Source of the DNA: Myxococcota bacterium
GTDB lineage: Bacteria; Myxococcota_A; UBA9160; UBA4427
Direction of reading: 5' to 3'
DNA length: 64,000 nt
Assembly: GCA_046583095.1 (NCBI GenBank)
Contig: JAYGDB010000222.1
Location: forward strand, 6,710 to 70,709
The first letter of the stretch is position 1. Each line of letters opens with the position of its first letter. The position numbers and the translations under genes were made by a program. A model generated the notes under the pieces. That model saw nothing but the letters and a program-made list of their open reading frames with translations, had not been told where the DNA came from and ran no database searches. This document shows, piece by piece, positions 22,101 through 32,276 of the stretch.

Positions 22101-22297
22101 CAGCGCCCGTGGCGGTCACGGCCTGGGAAAACCCCTGGCGCATTCCGCCGGAGAAGAACGATCCCTATCTCCGCCAGGCGTTCCGGGACGTCGAGGTTCT
22201 GGCGCCCGGCCTCGCGCTACCCGGTGGCGAGACCTTCGTGTCTCTGGCGCGGCGGATCTACGAGCCGTACCTGCTCGCGCGGGTGGAGCAGACGTGA
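19103..22297 (+). CDS. recC: Exodeoxyribonuclease V gamma subunit
   Basis: YVSNHLEDL, QGRGMERWL, HSCHGPMREVEVL, VMTPDIETYAP, PMRSIPFRVVALLGMN, DDRYLFLEAL, HPLQPFS. Confidence 0.96.
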   Translation: MQIYVSNHLEDLVAVLAERVAEPCPGGPLSAETIAVQGRGMERWLAMQLSRRLGVWANSQFPFPRRLIDCVFEAVLGAEPAGALRFEPEAMTWKLAALLPGLLERDEFAPIRSYLRHDESALRRVQLASRIAATFDHYVIYRPEMIRSWDRGADHEGWQPILWRALVGPGAPDHAAARAEDFLVAIEKGEGALEGLPPRIHLFGLTTLPPLYVDVLAALSKRVETNLFQLGCTRRPEAAGADANPLWDSLGGVGRDFHHVLTGRVAAATEVDLFRDPGLGSMLARLKRSLLEGENSGPAPIEEVDGSIRVHSCHGPMREVEVLQDQLTQLFEQDENLDPRDVLVMTPDIETYAPLVQAVFGSSRFPHQIADRGVRATHEIVDAFSRVLEVLQGRLTATHVSDLMMLDRIRRRFGIEAADLDVLLEWIQSAGIRWGVDAAHRSQVGQPASEQNTWRQGLDRLLLGLALPADAASIFAGLLPTPGVDLGRADLLGRFAEFCEALFALREALQGTRSVEAWSQDLAHVLEVMVDRSDDGAEQHASIRTALADLTMRAKQAGFEEAVGLASVQQELMGQLERRSSSRRFLAGGVTFCEMLPMRSIPFRVVALLGMNDEAFPRNREPLGFDLMPASRRPGDRTAREDDRYLFLEALVSVREHLIVTYVGRSVQDGSEREPSVVVCELLDELGPDARERIVTDHPLQPFSPRYFDGSDVSVVSYSEANCAGARALVDARAGSGSEREPRLYVPVPLNAEGPTDRDDPEARRVEVARLGRFFEHPVRSFLQDRLGLYLRDEAPKLEDREPLDLDGLASWNLGDRLLALTLAGVDPEHAKVLLRAEGLLPLGSPGDLEAEKAALDAGDLAAAVRELQRGDARAPIEVNLRLGGWQVVGELGDLWPSGRVVFRFSRVPHACELSFWVHHLVLNCVGGDETPLTSFLVARGADAKRIVVLELPPVPDAEARLVDLLALYELGGSLPLPLFPKASRAQADFGHKKGWPLDPAPVAVTAWENPWRIPPEKNDPYLRQAFRDVEVLAPGLALPGGETFVSLARRIYEPYLLARVEQT

Positions 22298-25200
22298 CGG
22301 ATTCCGTCGCGAAGCAGGTCGTCCTCCACGGCACCTCCCTCGTCGAGGCGGGCGCCGGGACGGGCAAGACGCACACGATCGTCGAGCTGTACACGCGCCT
22401 CCTGCTCGAGCGAAGGCTGCGCGTTTCGCAAATCCTGGTCGTGACGTACACGGTGGCTGCCGTTGCCGAACTCCGAGGGCGAATCCGACGCCGCCTTCTC
22501 GAGCTCGCGGGATTGCCGCTGCCGGACACGGATCTCGAGTGGCTGCGCGAAGCTCTCCGCAGCTTCGACCAGGCCGCGATCTTCACGATCCACGGGTTCT
22601 GTCAGCGGGCGTTGCAGGAGCACGCCTTCGAAAGCGGCCGGGGCTTCGACACCGAGTTGGTGAGTGACGGGCGGCCACTCCTCACGGAAGTCGCCCAGGA
22701 CTTCTGGGTCCGGGAGCTGTACGCCGCGCCGCTCTTCCAGGTGGAGTATGCAAGGTCGCCATCGGCGCGGGTGGGGCCCGGCCAGCTGGCCGAGCTGGCC
22801 GAGCGAATCGCGATGCGCCCGGACATCGAACTCCGTCCCGCGCGCCGGCCGGTTCCCGACCTGGGGGTGCTCGAGAAGGAGTGGCGGAGCGCGTTCGATC
22901 GGGTCGCCCCGGTCTGGGCGTCGGACGGCGACGAAGTGCTCGAGATGCTCGCGACTGCGGCCGAGCAAGGGCAGCTGGACAAGCGGAGGTATCGGCGCGA
23001 CACGCTTCACTCGAAGTGGCGGCTCGCGATGGATGAGGCGATGCATGTTGCCCGGCCGGGCATCCAGAGGCGCTTCGACAAGCTGCCACTGCTCGGCACG
23101 AGCGGGATCGCGAATCTCAAGAACCAGCCCAAGCCGGCTCATCGCTTCTTCGATCTCTGCGATGAACTCGTTCGCGCTGAAGCGAGTCTGGATCAGGGTC
23201 TTCAGGATTGGGAGGTGAGCTTCCGCCACGACTTCGTCGCATACGCGAGCTCCGAGCTCGTCCGGCGCAAGAACGAACTCGAGATCCTGTTCTTCGACGA
23301 TCTCCTCCAGGGCCTGCGGGATGCGCTGGCGGGCGAACACGGGGAGCAGGTCGCGGAGGCCATTCGTCTCCGGCATCCCGTCGCGCTGATCGACGAGTTC
23401 CAGGACACGGATCCCATCCAGTACGAGATCTTCCGGCGGGTGTGGCACGGCCAGCCGGACCACGCCCTGTTCCTGGTCGGTGACCCGAAGCAGGCCATCT
23501 ACGCGTTTCGCGGTGCGGACGTCATGGCCTACCTCGATGCGCGAAGCGATGCAGCCGACGCGGTTCACGGTCTGCGCTGCAACCAGCGAGCGGATCCGGC
23601 GCTCGTGGCTGCCCTCAACGCGGTGTTCGGCTCGGCGCCTGCTCCGTTCGGTCGCGAGGAGATTCCATATCTGCCCGCCGAAGCGCGCGCCGACGGCCAC
23701 GACGCTCTCTCGGGTGAGTGCATTCAGGCCGGTCTCCGGATTCTCTGGTTGTCGCCGCCCGCGGGAGAGCAGGAGATCCCCCGCGCGCGGGGTGCAGGCG
23801 AAGTCAGCCGGGGGGTAGCGGCAGAGATCGCGCGGCTGCTCGCGTCGGAGCAGCGCATCGACGATCGCAGGCTGGTATCGGGGGATATCGCCGTCCTCAC
23901 GAGAACGAACCGGCAGGCGCGCTCCGTTCAGGCCGCACTGCACGAGAACGGAATCGTCGCCGTCCTGCAGAGCGGCGAAAGCGTCTTCGCGACGGACGAA
24001 GCGGAGGAGCTCGAACGCGTGATGCGGGCGATGGTCGAGCCCGAGAATCCGGCCTACCTGCGGGCCGCGCTGGCCACGACATTGCTGGGAGCTGAGGCTG
24101 GCGACCTGCTCGCCCTGGCTGCAGATGAGGACGGAGTCGAGTGGGACGCGTGGGTCCTGACGCTTCGGGAGTGTCGCCGCGCGTGGATGGAGCGGAGCTT
24201 CGTGCAGGCGCTTCGCGCGCTGTGGGTGGAGCGTGACGTCTCCGCGCGACTGCTCGGGCGACCCGACGGCGAGCGTCGCGTAACGAACCTGCTGCACCTC
24301 GGCGAGCTGTTGCAGGCTGCCGGGGTCGAGGCCCGGCTCGGTCCCCAGGCGCTCCTCTACTGGTTCGCGCGGCGCCGGCACGAGGCCGAGGGCTCGACCC
24401 CCGTCCTGGCCGAGGATGCCCAGCTGCGACTGGAGAGCGACGCCGATGCCGTCCAGTTGGTGACGGTACACCGCAGCAAAGGGCTCCAGTACGCGGTCAC
24501 GATCTGTCCCTTCTTGTGGGAGGGCACCGTTCCGCGCAACGATCCCTTGGTTCGCTTCCACGACCCCGAGAGCGGCGCGCTGGTGCTGGACGCGGAGGGC
24601 TCCGACGACAGCAAGTCACTGGCTCTCGAGGAAGCCCACGAGGAGAGCCTGCGTCTGTTGTACGTGGCGCTCACCCGGGCAAGGCACCACTGCTCGGTGG
24701 TTTGGGGGCGCTTCAAGGACGCAGGAACCTCGCCCCTCGCGCATCTGCTTCACCCGATCGCGGAGGGCGAGCCCCGGCCGGGCGAGAAGAGCGCCTCGAG
24801 TCGGCTCAAGAGCCGGTCGGACGAGGAGTTGCTGGCCGACCTCGATCGGATCGCGCAGATCGCGTCGGGTCACATCGTCGTTGAGGCGTGGGAGCCTCTG
24901 CGCGATCCGGTCGTGGTGGCATCCGACCCGGCGGCTCGGCACGATGCCGTGCGGGAACTCGCACCCGCGCGGGCGGTCCGGCGGTTTGCGCACACGTGGC
25001 GTTTGTCGAGCTTCTCGGGTCTCGTCTCCGCGGCGCCCGAAGCCGAGGAGGGACGTGACTACGACGCCCACTCGGGCCGGGGGCTCGCCCAGAGCGAGCG
25101 CCCCTCGGACGCCTCGGACCGGATCGCTCTCGCCGATTTTCCAGCCGGTGCGCTGCCGGGGATCCTGATCCACGAGATCTTCGAGAAGCTCGACTTCACG

Positions 25201-25866
25201 GTTGCGGACGAGCTTCCGGCAGTCGTCGCGAGTGAGCTGTCGCGACGGGGCTTCGCGGCTCGCTGGGGTCGGCCGCTGTCGCGGGCGCTGCGCGACGTCC
25301 TGTCGGTCCCGCTGGAGGCCGGGCAGCCGGCGAGCCATCTCGGAGCCCTGGCTCGGTCCGATCGGATCGACGAGATGGAGTTCATGCTGCCGGTGGCGGG
25401 GAGCGACGGGGGGCTCACCGCGGATGCGCTGGGCCGGGCCTTCGCCGAGCACGCAACGACGCCGTGGGTGCAACGGTACGCGGCGCGCGCGACGGAGCTC
25501 GGGTTTCCGGCGCTTGCGGGTCACCTGCGTGGCTTCATCGATCTCGTCGCTCGCCGCGGCGGGCGCTTCTCCGTCATCGACTACAAGTCGAACCGGCTCG
25601 GATCGGCGGCCTCGGACTACGCGCCGGAAGCGCTGCAAGACGCGATGGTCGAGCACGACTACGTGCTCCAATACCATCTCTACCTGGTGGCGCTGCACCG
25701 GCATCTCGCGCTGCGCCTGCCGGGCTACGACTACGACGAGCACGTGGCGGGAGCTTGGTACCTCTTCGTCCGGGGCATGTCCTCGTCTCACCCGCCCGGT
25801 TGGGGCATCGTGCAGGATCGCCCACCGCGTGGGCTGATCGAGGCGCTGTCGGAGTTGCTCGAATGA
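22294..25866 (+). CDS. recB: Exodeoxyribonuclease V beta subunit
   Basis: EAGAGTGKT, TIHGFC, DEFQDTD, GDPKQAIYAFRGAD, TVHRSKGLQY, RLLYVALTRA, nuclease GFIDL..DYKSN; GTGA overlap with recC. Confidence 0.96.
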   Translation: MTDSVAKQVVLHGTSLVEAGAGTGKTHTIVELYTRLLLERRLRVSQILVVTYTVAAVAELRGRIRRRLLELAGLPLPDTDLEWLREALRSFDQAAIFTIHGFCQRALQEHAFESGRGFDTELVSDGRPLLTEVAQDFWVRELYAAPLFQVEYARSPSARVGPGQLAELAERIAMRPDIELRPARRPVPDLGVLEKEWRSAFDRVAPVWASDGDEVLEMLATAAEQGQLDKRRYRRDTLHSKWRLAMDEAMHVARPGIQRRFDKLPLLGTSGIANLKNQPKPAHRFFDLCDELVRAEASLDQGLQDWEVSFRHDFVAYASSELVRRKNELEILFFDDLLQGLRDALAGEHGEQVAEAIRLRHPVALIDEFQDTDPIQYEIFRRVWHGQPDHALFLVGDPKQAIYAFRGADVMAYLDARSDAADAVHGLRCNQRADPALVAALNAVFGSAPAPFGREEIPYLPAEARADGHDALSGECIQAGLRILWLSPPAGEQEIPRARGAGEVSRGVAAEIARLLASEQRIDDRRLVSGDIAVLTRTNRQARSVQAALHENGIVAVLQSGESVFATDEAEELERVMRAMVEPENPAYLRAALATTLLGAEAGDLLALAADEDGVEWDAWVLTLRECRRAWMERSFVQALRALWVERDVSARLLGRPDGERRVTNLLHLGELLQAAGVEARLGPQALLYWFARRRHEAEGSTPVLAEDAQLRLESDADAVQLVTVHRSKGLQYAVTICPFLWEGTVPRNDPLVRFHDPESGALVLDAEGSDDSKSLALEEAHEESLRLLYVALTRARHHCSVVWGRFKDAGTSPLAHLLHPIAEGEPRPGEKSASSRLKSRSDEELLADLDRIAQIASGHIVVEAWEPLRDPVVVASDPAARHDAVRELAPARAVRRFAHTWRLSSFSGLVSAAPEAEEGRDYDAHSGRGLAQSERPSDASDRIALADFPAGALPGILIHEIFEKLDFTVADELPAVVASELSRRGFAARWGRPLSRALRDVLSVPLEAGQPASHLGALARSDRIDEMEFMLPVAGSDGGLTADALGRAFAEHATTPWVQRYAARATELGFPALAGHLRGFIDLVARRGGRFSVIDYKSNRLGSAASDYAPEALQDAMVEHDYVLQYHLYLVALHRHLALRLPGYDYDEHVAGAWYLFVRGMSSSHPPGWGIVQDRPPRGLIEALSELLE

Positions 25867-27710
25867 TCTCGACTCTCGAAGAGCTTCGCGGCCGCGGTGT
25901 GCTCTCGCCCCTCGACGATCGGTTCGCGCGTTCGATGACGCGTCTCGCTTCAGACGAGTGTCCGGAGGTGCTGCTCGCAGCTGCGCTGGCAAGCCGACAG
26001 GTGGCTCGGGGAGATGTATGCGTCGATCTGGCGTCTCTCGTCGAGGCATCGGATTTCGCCGAGGACGGCGAGGCCGTGACCTGGCCGCCTCTCGAGCCGT
26101 GGCTCGAGAGGCTTTCGACGAGCCCGCTCGTCGCCACAGGGGCGGACGGCTCCCCGGTGACGCCGCTGGTCCTCGACCGGTCGGGTCGACTCTACCTGCG
26201 CCGACTGTGGGAAGACGAGCAGTGGCTCGCCCAGGAGCTGACGGCTCGTGCGGCACACAGCTCCGATGCGGATGACGCGGACGCGTTGCGTGCCAGCATC
26301 GAGCGCCTGCTGCCGGTCGGCGGTTCGGAAGCAGAAGAGGCCCACTGGCCGCGGGTGGCGGCGGCAATCGTCGTCTCGCGCCGGCTGTGCGTGATCTCGG
26401 GTCGCCCCGGAACGGGAAAGACGACCACCGCAGCTCGTCTGCTCGCGGTTCTGGTCGAGCGAGCGCTGAGGTCTGGGCGGCCCGCACCCCGAATCGCGCT
26501 CGCGGCACCCACTGGCAAGGCGGCCGCCCGCCTCGCTGTGGTCATCGACCGGATCCGGAGCGAGATCGACTGCGCCCAGACGGTTCGTGACGCGATCCCC
26601 AGCGAGGCGGCGACGCTCCATCGCCTGTTGCGTGTGAACCCGCGCGCGCGCCCGGGACGTCGGGCCGTGGCCGAGCTGCGGACGGACGTCGTGCTGGTCG
26701 ATGAAGCCTCGATGGTGGATCTGGGGATGGCCGCGCGTCTCGTCAAGGCGTTGCCGAAGCATGCGAAGTTGATCCTACTGGGCGACGCGGACCAACTCGC
26801 GTCCGTGGAGGCCGGCAGCGTCTTCGCAGATGTCTGCGGCCCGCAGCGCGCTCCCGAGTACGGCGACGAGATGGCGTCGTGGATCGCCGAGGCGAGCGGG
26901 CAGTCCGTCCGCGTCGCCGCGTCGGGGGCGACCGCGATGCGGGAATGTGTCGTGACCCTGACGACGAGCCATCGCTACGGAGAGCAGAGCGGCATCGACG
27001 CACTCGCCCGGGCGATTCAGTCGGGTGACGGTCCCGGGGCTCTGGAGGTGCTCGCCGACGATGCGTTCCCCGACGTCCGGTTGGCGCCGCCGGCTGCCGA
27101 GGACGAGCTTCGCAACGCGATCCTCCGCGGTTACGGCCTCTTCGCCGGGGCCACCACGCCGCGCGAACAGTTGCTGGCCCTCGAGCGTTTCCGGGTGCTG
27201 TGCGCGGTGCGGGAAGGGCCGTTCGGCGTCAAGGCGTTGAATCAGGAGGTGGAAGCGGTGCTAGTGCAGTCGGGATGCCTCGCCCGGGCGCCGCGAGGCG
27301 CCGCCGGTGTTGCTGCCGGCCGTCCCATCCTCGTCAACCGGAACGCGCCGCACCTCGGGCTCTACAACGGCGACGTGGGCATTACCGATCCCAGCGGACG
27401 CGCTCGCGCCTTCTTCGAGGGCGGTGTCGGGGGCCTCCGCAGCTTCGGGATCGCCCGCCTTCCGGCCCACGAGTCCGTTTTTGCGATGACGGTTCACAAG
27501 AGCCAGGGCTCGGAGTTCGATGAGGTGAGGCTGATTCTGCCCGATGACCCGATTCCGTTGCTGACGCGAGAACTCGTCTACACCGCGGTCACGCGCGCGA
27601 GAGAGAAGGTGGTCGTGCATGCGCGCCCTGAAGTCTTGACGGCCGCAATTGCGCGCAGAACCGCGCGGGCGTCGGGGCTGCGGGACGCCTTGTGGGGCCC
27701 GCCCCGCTGA
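25863..27710 (+). CDS. recD: Exodeoxyribonuclease V alpha subunit
   Basis: SGRPGTGKTT, APTGKAAARL, DEASMVD, GDADQLASVEAG, NGDVG, AMTVHKSQGSEF; ATGA overlap with recB. Confidence 0.96.
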   Translation: MISTLEELRGRGVLSPLDDRFARSMTRLASDECPEVLLAAALASRQVARGDVCVDLASLVEASDFAEDGEAVTWPPLEPWLERLSTSPLVATGADGSPVTPLVLDRSGRLYLRRLWEDEQWLAQELTARAAHSSDADDADALRASIERLLPVGGSEAEEAHWPRVAAAIVVSRRLCVISGRPGTGKTTTAARLLAVLVERALRSGRPAPRIALAAPTGKAAARLAVVIDRIRSEIDCAQTVRDAIPSEAATLHRLLRVNPRARPGRRAVAELRTDVVLVDEASMVDLGMAARLVKALPKHAKLILLGDADQLASVEAGSVFADVCGPQRAPEYGDEMASWIAEASGQSVRVAASGATAMRECVVTLTTSHRYGEQSGIDALARAIQSGDGPGALEVLADDAFPDVRLAPPAAEDELRNAILRGYGLFAGATTPREQLLALERFRVLCAVREGPFGVKALNQEVEAVLVQSGCLARAPRGAAGVAAGRPILVNRNAPHLGLYNGDVGITDPSGRARAFFEGGVGGLRSFGIARLPAHESVFAMTVHKSQGSEFDEVRLILPDDPIPLLTRELVYTAVTRAREKVVVHARPEVLTAAIARRTARASGLRDALWGPPR

Positions 27711-27728
27711 GTTGATAACGTCGCGGCC

Positions 27729-28631
27729 GTGCAGAACGACGCGATCGTCATCGGTCACTTCGGACTCGACATCGAGGTCGCGCTCAAGGATGGTGAGCGT
27801 CGGCGGATTCGGGTTCGCAGGAGTAGCGACCCGGTGGTCGTGGGGGACCGCGTGAAGATCTCCGCGCGGGGCGCGGAACTCCTGACGCGCGAGACGATCC
27901 TCTCGCGACGAGATACGCGGAATCGGACGCGCGCAATCGCGGCGAATCTCGACGTGCTCGGAGTTACGATCGCGGGTCGCCCGCCGTCTCCACGGGGCTA
28001 CGTGGATCGCGTGATCGTGGCGGCGCGTGCGGCCCAGATCGAGCCGTTCCTCGTCGTCAACAAGTGCGACCTGGACGATTCAGCGGAGTTGTTCGAGCAG
28101 ATGCGCAGCCTCTTCGCCGCGAGCGACTCGAGTGTTCCGGTATTCGCGGTGAGTGCGCTCACGGGCGTTGGGCTCGACGGCATCCGCTTGCACCTGTCAG
28201 GGGTGCGCGGCGCCTTCGTCGGAACCTCGGGGGTTGGGAAGAGTTCACTCCTGAATGTGCTGGTGCCCGGCCTCGACCTCGAGGTGGGGGAGATCAACCG
28301 GCTCACTCGTCTCGGTCGCCACGTGACGACGCGATCGAGCCTGCACGTGCTTCCGGGCGGCGGAGAGCTGATCGACACGCCCGGCTTCCGGGACTTCGTG
28401 CCGGTGGATCTCTCCCCGGCCGACCTGGCCGCCTACTTCCCGTGTTTCGAACACGCCCTGGATCAGGGCTGTCGCTTCCGCGACTGCCTGCACCGCGACG
28501 AGCCGGACTGCGGAGTGATCGAAGCGGTCGCCGGTGGCGAGCTGGACGCGGCCCGGCACGAGATCTACCTCGGGCTGCTGGCCGATCTCGAACGCGTCGC
28601 AGAGCGCCAGGCTAGGGGCGCTCGAAGCTGA
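27729..28631 (+). CDS. rsgA: Ribosome small subunit-dependent GTPase A
   Basis: Circularly permuted GTPase: NKCD, GTSGVGKSS, GRHVTT, DTPG, Zn finger CRFRDCLHRDEPDC. Confidence 0.94.
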   Translation: MQNDAIVIGHFGLDIEVALKDGERRRIRVRRSSDPVVVGDRVKISARGAELLTRETILSRRDTRNRTRAIAANLDVLGVTIAGRPPSPRGYVDRVIVAARAAQIEPFLVVNKCDLDDSAELFEQMRSLFAASDSSVPVFAVSALTGVGLDGIRLHLSGVRGAFVGTSGVGKSSLLNVLVPGLDLEVGEINRLTRLGRHVTTRSSLHVLPGGGELIDTPGFRDFVPVDLSPADLAAYFPCFEHALDQGCRFRDCLHRDEPDCGVIEAVAGGELDAARHEIYLGLLADLERVAERQARGARS

Positions 28632-29436
28632 TCCGGCCGAGCTGGCCGGTGCGGAGTTCCCGCAGCAGGACGTCCGCGGCGCGATCGATGTCGAGACGAC
28701 CCCCGCGGCCGAGGAAGCCGCGGCCCCGCGCGATTCCGTTCAGCAACTCGGCGGTCTCCAGCCCGACGTCGGGGATCTTGTAGCGCTTCGTCAGCACCTC
28801 GGGATACTCGTCCCGCAGGAACTCGAGCGCGAAGAAGGCCACGTCGAAGGCGTCGTAGGCCGCCTTTCCGATGCCTCCGCTCGCCGCCAGGCAGTGGGCC
28901 CCGCGCTGGTCCTCGAGCTTCGGCCACAGCACACCGGGCGTGTCGCAGAGCGAGAAACCGATGTCGAGATCGACTCGCTGGCGTCGTCGAGTCACCGCCG
29001 GACGATCCTGGACCTCGGCGACGCGCCGGCCCTTCAAGCTGTTGATCAACGTCGACTTGCCGACGTTCGGGATGCCGACGACGAGGGCGCGGACGGGCCT
29101 TCCCGGCCCGCGGCGTTTCGGCACGAGCTGACGGCAGGCGCCCGGGATCTGCTTCACGTCGCCGGGCAGGTTGGCGCGCAGCGCCAGGGCCCGGAGTTTC
29201 TCGTCGGTCGACCACGCGGCCAGCCACGCCTGGGTCGCGCGCGGGTCGGCGAGGTCGGCCTTGGCCAGGATCCTCACGCAGGGCCGGTCTTCGCGCAGTT
29301 CTTCCAGCATCGGGTTCGCGCTCGCAGCGGGCAGCCTGGCGTCCAGGACCTCGATCACGACGTCGGTCTCGCGCATCGCCGCGGAGATCTCGCGCCGTGC
29401 CTTGTTCATGTGTCCCGGAAACCAGTTGATCGTCAT
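28612..29436 (-). CDS. rbgA: Ribosome biogenesis GTPase RbgA/YlqF
   Basis: [37 protein letters not shown]. Confidence 0.94.
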   Translation of the reverse strand: MTINWFPGHMNKARREISAAMRETDVVIEVLDARLPAASANPMLEELREDRPCVRILAKADLADPRATQAWLAAWSTDEKLRALALRANLPGDVKQIPGACRQLVPKRRGPGRPVRALVVGIPNVGKSTLINSLKGRRVAEVQDRPAVTRRRQRVDLDIGFSLCDTPGVLWPKLEDQRGAHCLAASGGIGKAAYDAFDVAFFALEFLRDEYPEVLTKRYKIPDVGLETAELLNGIARGRGFLGRGGRLDIDRAADVLLRELRTGQLGRISFERP

Positions 29437-29524
29437 TTCGAAGAGTCTCAGGAGGGCGCGCGGGGTCGCAGATGATAACCTGCTGGCGAGGAGTCTCGGC
29501 TTGGGCTCCTGCAGGGGGTGTTCG

Positions 29525-30868
29525 TTGGCGGACTCCGTAAGAGGGTTGCTCGCCCGGGATGCGCCGGGCGGCCAGGTGACCGTTCAGGGCTGGCTGCGGA
29601 CGGCGCGGCACTCGAAGAACGTCTCGTTTCTCGAGGTGTCCGACGGTTCGTGCTTCGCCGGCATCCAGGCGGTGGCGGAGCCCTCCCTGCCGAACTACGC
29701 GGAGGGCATCGCCTCGCTCGCGACCGGCTGTGCGGTCGAGGTGACGGGCGAGCTCGTCGAATCCCCGGGCAAGGGCCAGCGCTACGAGATTCACGCCACC
29801 GAGGTCACGCTCGTAGGTGGTGTCGAGGACGACTACCCGCTCCAGAAGAAGCGCCACAGCTTCGAGTTCTTGCGAACCATCGGCCACCTGCGTCCGCGAA
29901 CGAACACGATGGGGGCCGTGCTGCGGGTTCGTGATGCGGCCTCCCGAGCCATTCACGACTTCTTCCACGAACGCGGCTTCGTGAACCTGCACTCTCCCGT
30001 GATCACCCTCTCGGATGCGGAAGGCGCGGGGGAGATGTTCCGGGTGACGGCGCTCGACGGCAGCGATTTCTTCGGAAGCCCGTCCTTTCTCACGGTGTCG
30101 GGTCAACTCGAAGCCGAGATCGGCGCCCTTGCACTCTCGAAGGTCTACACCTTCGGCCCGACGTTTCGGGCCGAGAACTCCCACACCAGTCGCCACTTGG
30201 CGGAGTTCTGGATGGTCGAGCCGGAAGTCGCGTTCTGCGACCTCGAGGGCCTGGCGGATCTCGCCGAGGATTTCCTGAAGACGATCTTCCGCCGGGTGCT
30301 CGACGACTGTCCCGACGACATGGACTTCTTCAACCAGCGCATCGACAAGACGGTGCTCGAGACTCTCGACCACATCATCAGGGCACCCTTCGAGCGGATC
30401 ACCTACACCGAGGCCATCAAGATCCTCGAAGATTCGGGTCGCTCGTTCGAATTCCCGGTGAACTGGGGGACGGACCTGCAGAGCGAGCACGAGCGCTATA
30501 TTGCCGAGGAGCATATCGGGCGCCCCGTCGTGGTTACGGACTATCCGAAGGGCATCAAGGCCTTCTACATGTATCTGAACGAAGACGATGAAACGGTCGC
30601 GGCCATGGACGTGCTGGTGCCCAAGGTCGGTGAGATCATCGGCGGCTCGCAGCGCGAGCACAGGCACGACGTGCTCGTGAAGCGGATCGAGGAGCACGGT
30701 CTCCCGCTGGAGCCGTACTGGTGGTACCTCGACCTGCGGCGTCATGGGACGGTTCCCCACGCGGGATTCGGACTGGGCTTCGAGCGGGTCGTACAGTTCA
30801 TGACGGGGATGGAGAACATCCGGGATGTCTCTCCCTTCCCACGGGCTCCGGGCCATGCCGAGTTCTAG
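29525..30868 (+). CDS. asnS: Asparagine--tRNA ligase (TTG start approximate)
   Basis: [60 protein letters not shown]. Confidence 0.95.
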   Translation: MADSVRGLLARDAPGGQVTVQGWLRTARHSKNVSFLEVSDGSCFAGIQAVAEPSLPNYAEGIASLATGCAVEVTGELVESPGKGQRYEIHATEVTLVGGVEDDYPLQKKRHSFEFLRTIGHLRPRTNTMGAVLRVRDAASRAIHDFFHERGFVNLHSPVITLSDAEGAGEMFRVTALDGSDFFGSPSFLTVSGQLEAEIGALALSKVYTFGPTFRAENSHTSRHLAEFWMVEPEVAFCDLEGLADLAEDFLKTIFRRVLDDCPDDMDFFNQRIDKTVLETLDHIIRAPFERITYTEAIKILEDSGRSFEFPVNWGTDLQSEHERYIAEEHIGRPVVVTDYPKGIKAFYMYLNEDDETVAAMDVLVPKVGEIIGGSQREHRHDVLVKRIEEHGLPLEPYWWYLDLRRHGTVPHAGFGLGFERVVQFMTGMENIRDVSPFPRAPGHAEF

Positions 30869-31136
30869 AGCGCTCGCCTTTCTACTGGTCGTTGCATCAC
30901 TTGCTGGCGGCTGCGTTACGAGTCAGCGCGCAGATGTGATCGAGGCACGCGCGGCGCATCGCGCCTGCGTCGAGAAGCACCCCGAAGATGCCGATCGCGC
31001 TTGCGCGGAGCTGAAGGCGGAGGTGTGGGCTCGCGAGGAGAGATACATGGAGGACTCCCGCGGCGTCTGGGGGTGCCAAGAGGCGGGCGGCGGCCCGTGC
31101 GTTTCCACCGACCGCTCGCCCCGGATTCCCTACTAG
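30855..31136 (+). CDS. Small Cys-containing lipoprotein, hypothetical
   Basis: Hydrophobic signal with lipobox-like LAGGC; overlaps asnS 3' end; four further Cys. Confidence 0.65.
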   Translation: MPSSRALAFLLVVASLAGGCVTSQRADVIEARAAHRACVEKHPEDADRACAELKAEVWAREERYMEDSRGVWGCQEAGGGPCVSTDRSPRIPY

Positions 31137-31558
31137 TACTCGACTCCATCCAGGCGCTTGCCCAGGCTCATCACTTCGTCGACCTGGAAGCCGAGTCCCT
31201 TGTAGAAGTCGATCACGCCCTGGTTGCTACCGCGCACCTGGAGATTGATCTTGGCGCAGCCCAGCGCGCTGAGCTTGTCCTCGGCAAAGCGCATCAACTC
31301 GCTGCCCAGGCCGTGGCGCCGGAGGGACGGCGACACCGCCAGGTAGTTCACCCACCCGCGATGCCCCTCGTAACCCGCCATCACACTGCCGACGATGCGA
31401 GCGCTCTCCTCTGCGACGAAGAAGAGATCCGGCTGGAAGTCGACCTTTCGCGAGATGTCGAGACTGGGGATGTTCCACGCCACGACGAGATCACAGGCCT
31501 CCCACAGGGCAATTACCTGGTCCTGGTCGGAAGCGCGAAAAATTCGGATCTCGGTCAT
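31133..31558 (-). CDS. GNAT acetyltransferase (YpeA-like)
   Basis: VMAGYEGHRGWVNYLAV, RRHGLG, KINLQVR, MSLGKRL. Confidence 0.9.
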   Translation of the reverse strand: MTEIRIFRASDQDQVIALWEACDLVVAWNIPSLDISRKVDFQPDLFFVAEESARIVGSVMAGYEGHRGWVNYLAVSPSLRRHGLGSELMRFAEDKLSALGCAKINLQVRGSNQGVIDFYKGLGFQVDEVMSLGKRLDGVEY

Positions 31559-31589
31559 CTGCCCTCGAACGGCGCTGTGGGAATCCCGC

Positions 31590-32276
31590 TCAGTCCCTGA
31601 GCGCGAACTCCACGGGAAGCTCGAACGCGAGGTCGTCGGCCTCGAAGTGGGCGGGGACCGGTCCGAAGGGTGCGGCCCGCTTCGTGATCCGCAGCGCGTG
31701 ACGATCGAGGACCCGAGAGCCGGAACTCTCGGCGACCTGGCTGCTCTGGATCCGACCGTCGCGGTCGATGCGAACGCGTACCACGACGGTTCCCTCGACG
31801 CGCTCGTTTTTCGCCCGAGGCGGGTAATCGAGAACGGCGACGACCCGGGCATGCAAGTCGCTGAAGTAGTCGCTTCGGAATTCACCGGCCGGCTCGGTCT
31901 CGCCACCGTTCTGGAGATCCGCACCACGCGAGTCCCCGGCGGCGGCAGGCACCGCACCGGCGGCGACGTCGGGCAGCGGCTGGCTCTCGGTCTCGATGCG
32001 CGGCGCTGCTGCGGGGGTTGGCTCCCGGGTCGAGGACGGACGGGGAGGAGCTACCGGACGGGCTCTCGCCACTACCGCGGGTGGGGGAGCGGGCTCGGCG
32101 GCGGGCGTCCCCAAGGCAATGCGAAGCCGGGAAGCGGTACTCGCCTTGGCCTGTGGTTCCCCGATGCGCGCGAGGTCGGAAGACGTCAACGCGAGAAGCA
32201 GGAAGGCATGCAGTCCGATGGCCACGAGACCGGCGACGAGCCAGTCTGCCAGCCGGATCCGATCTTCAGCGGACAC
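31590..32276 (-). CDS. tonB: Energy transducer TonB
   Basis: TM helix with His, Pro-rich linker, YPPRAK..EGTVVV..SSG..LD C-terminal domain. Confidence 0.88.
   Translation of the reverse strand: MSAEDRIRLADWLVAGLVAIGLHAFLLLALTSSDLARIGEPQAKASTASRLRIALGTPAAEPAPPPAVVARARPVAPPRPSSTREPTPAAAPRIETESQPLPDVAAGAVPAAAGDSRGADLQNGGETEPAGEFRSDYFSDLHARVVAVLDYPPRAKNERVEGTVVVRVRIDRDGRIQSSQVAESSGSRVLDRHALRITKRAAPFGPVPAHFEADDLAFELPVEFALRD

Noticed and set aside
19103-27710. recCBD as a novel defence helicase-nuclease system
   Set aside because: All canonical RecB, RecC and RecD motifs and the usual gene order are present, so it is an ordinary repair complex
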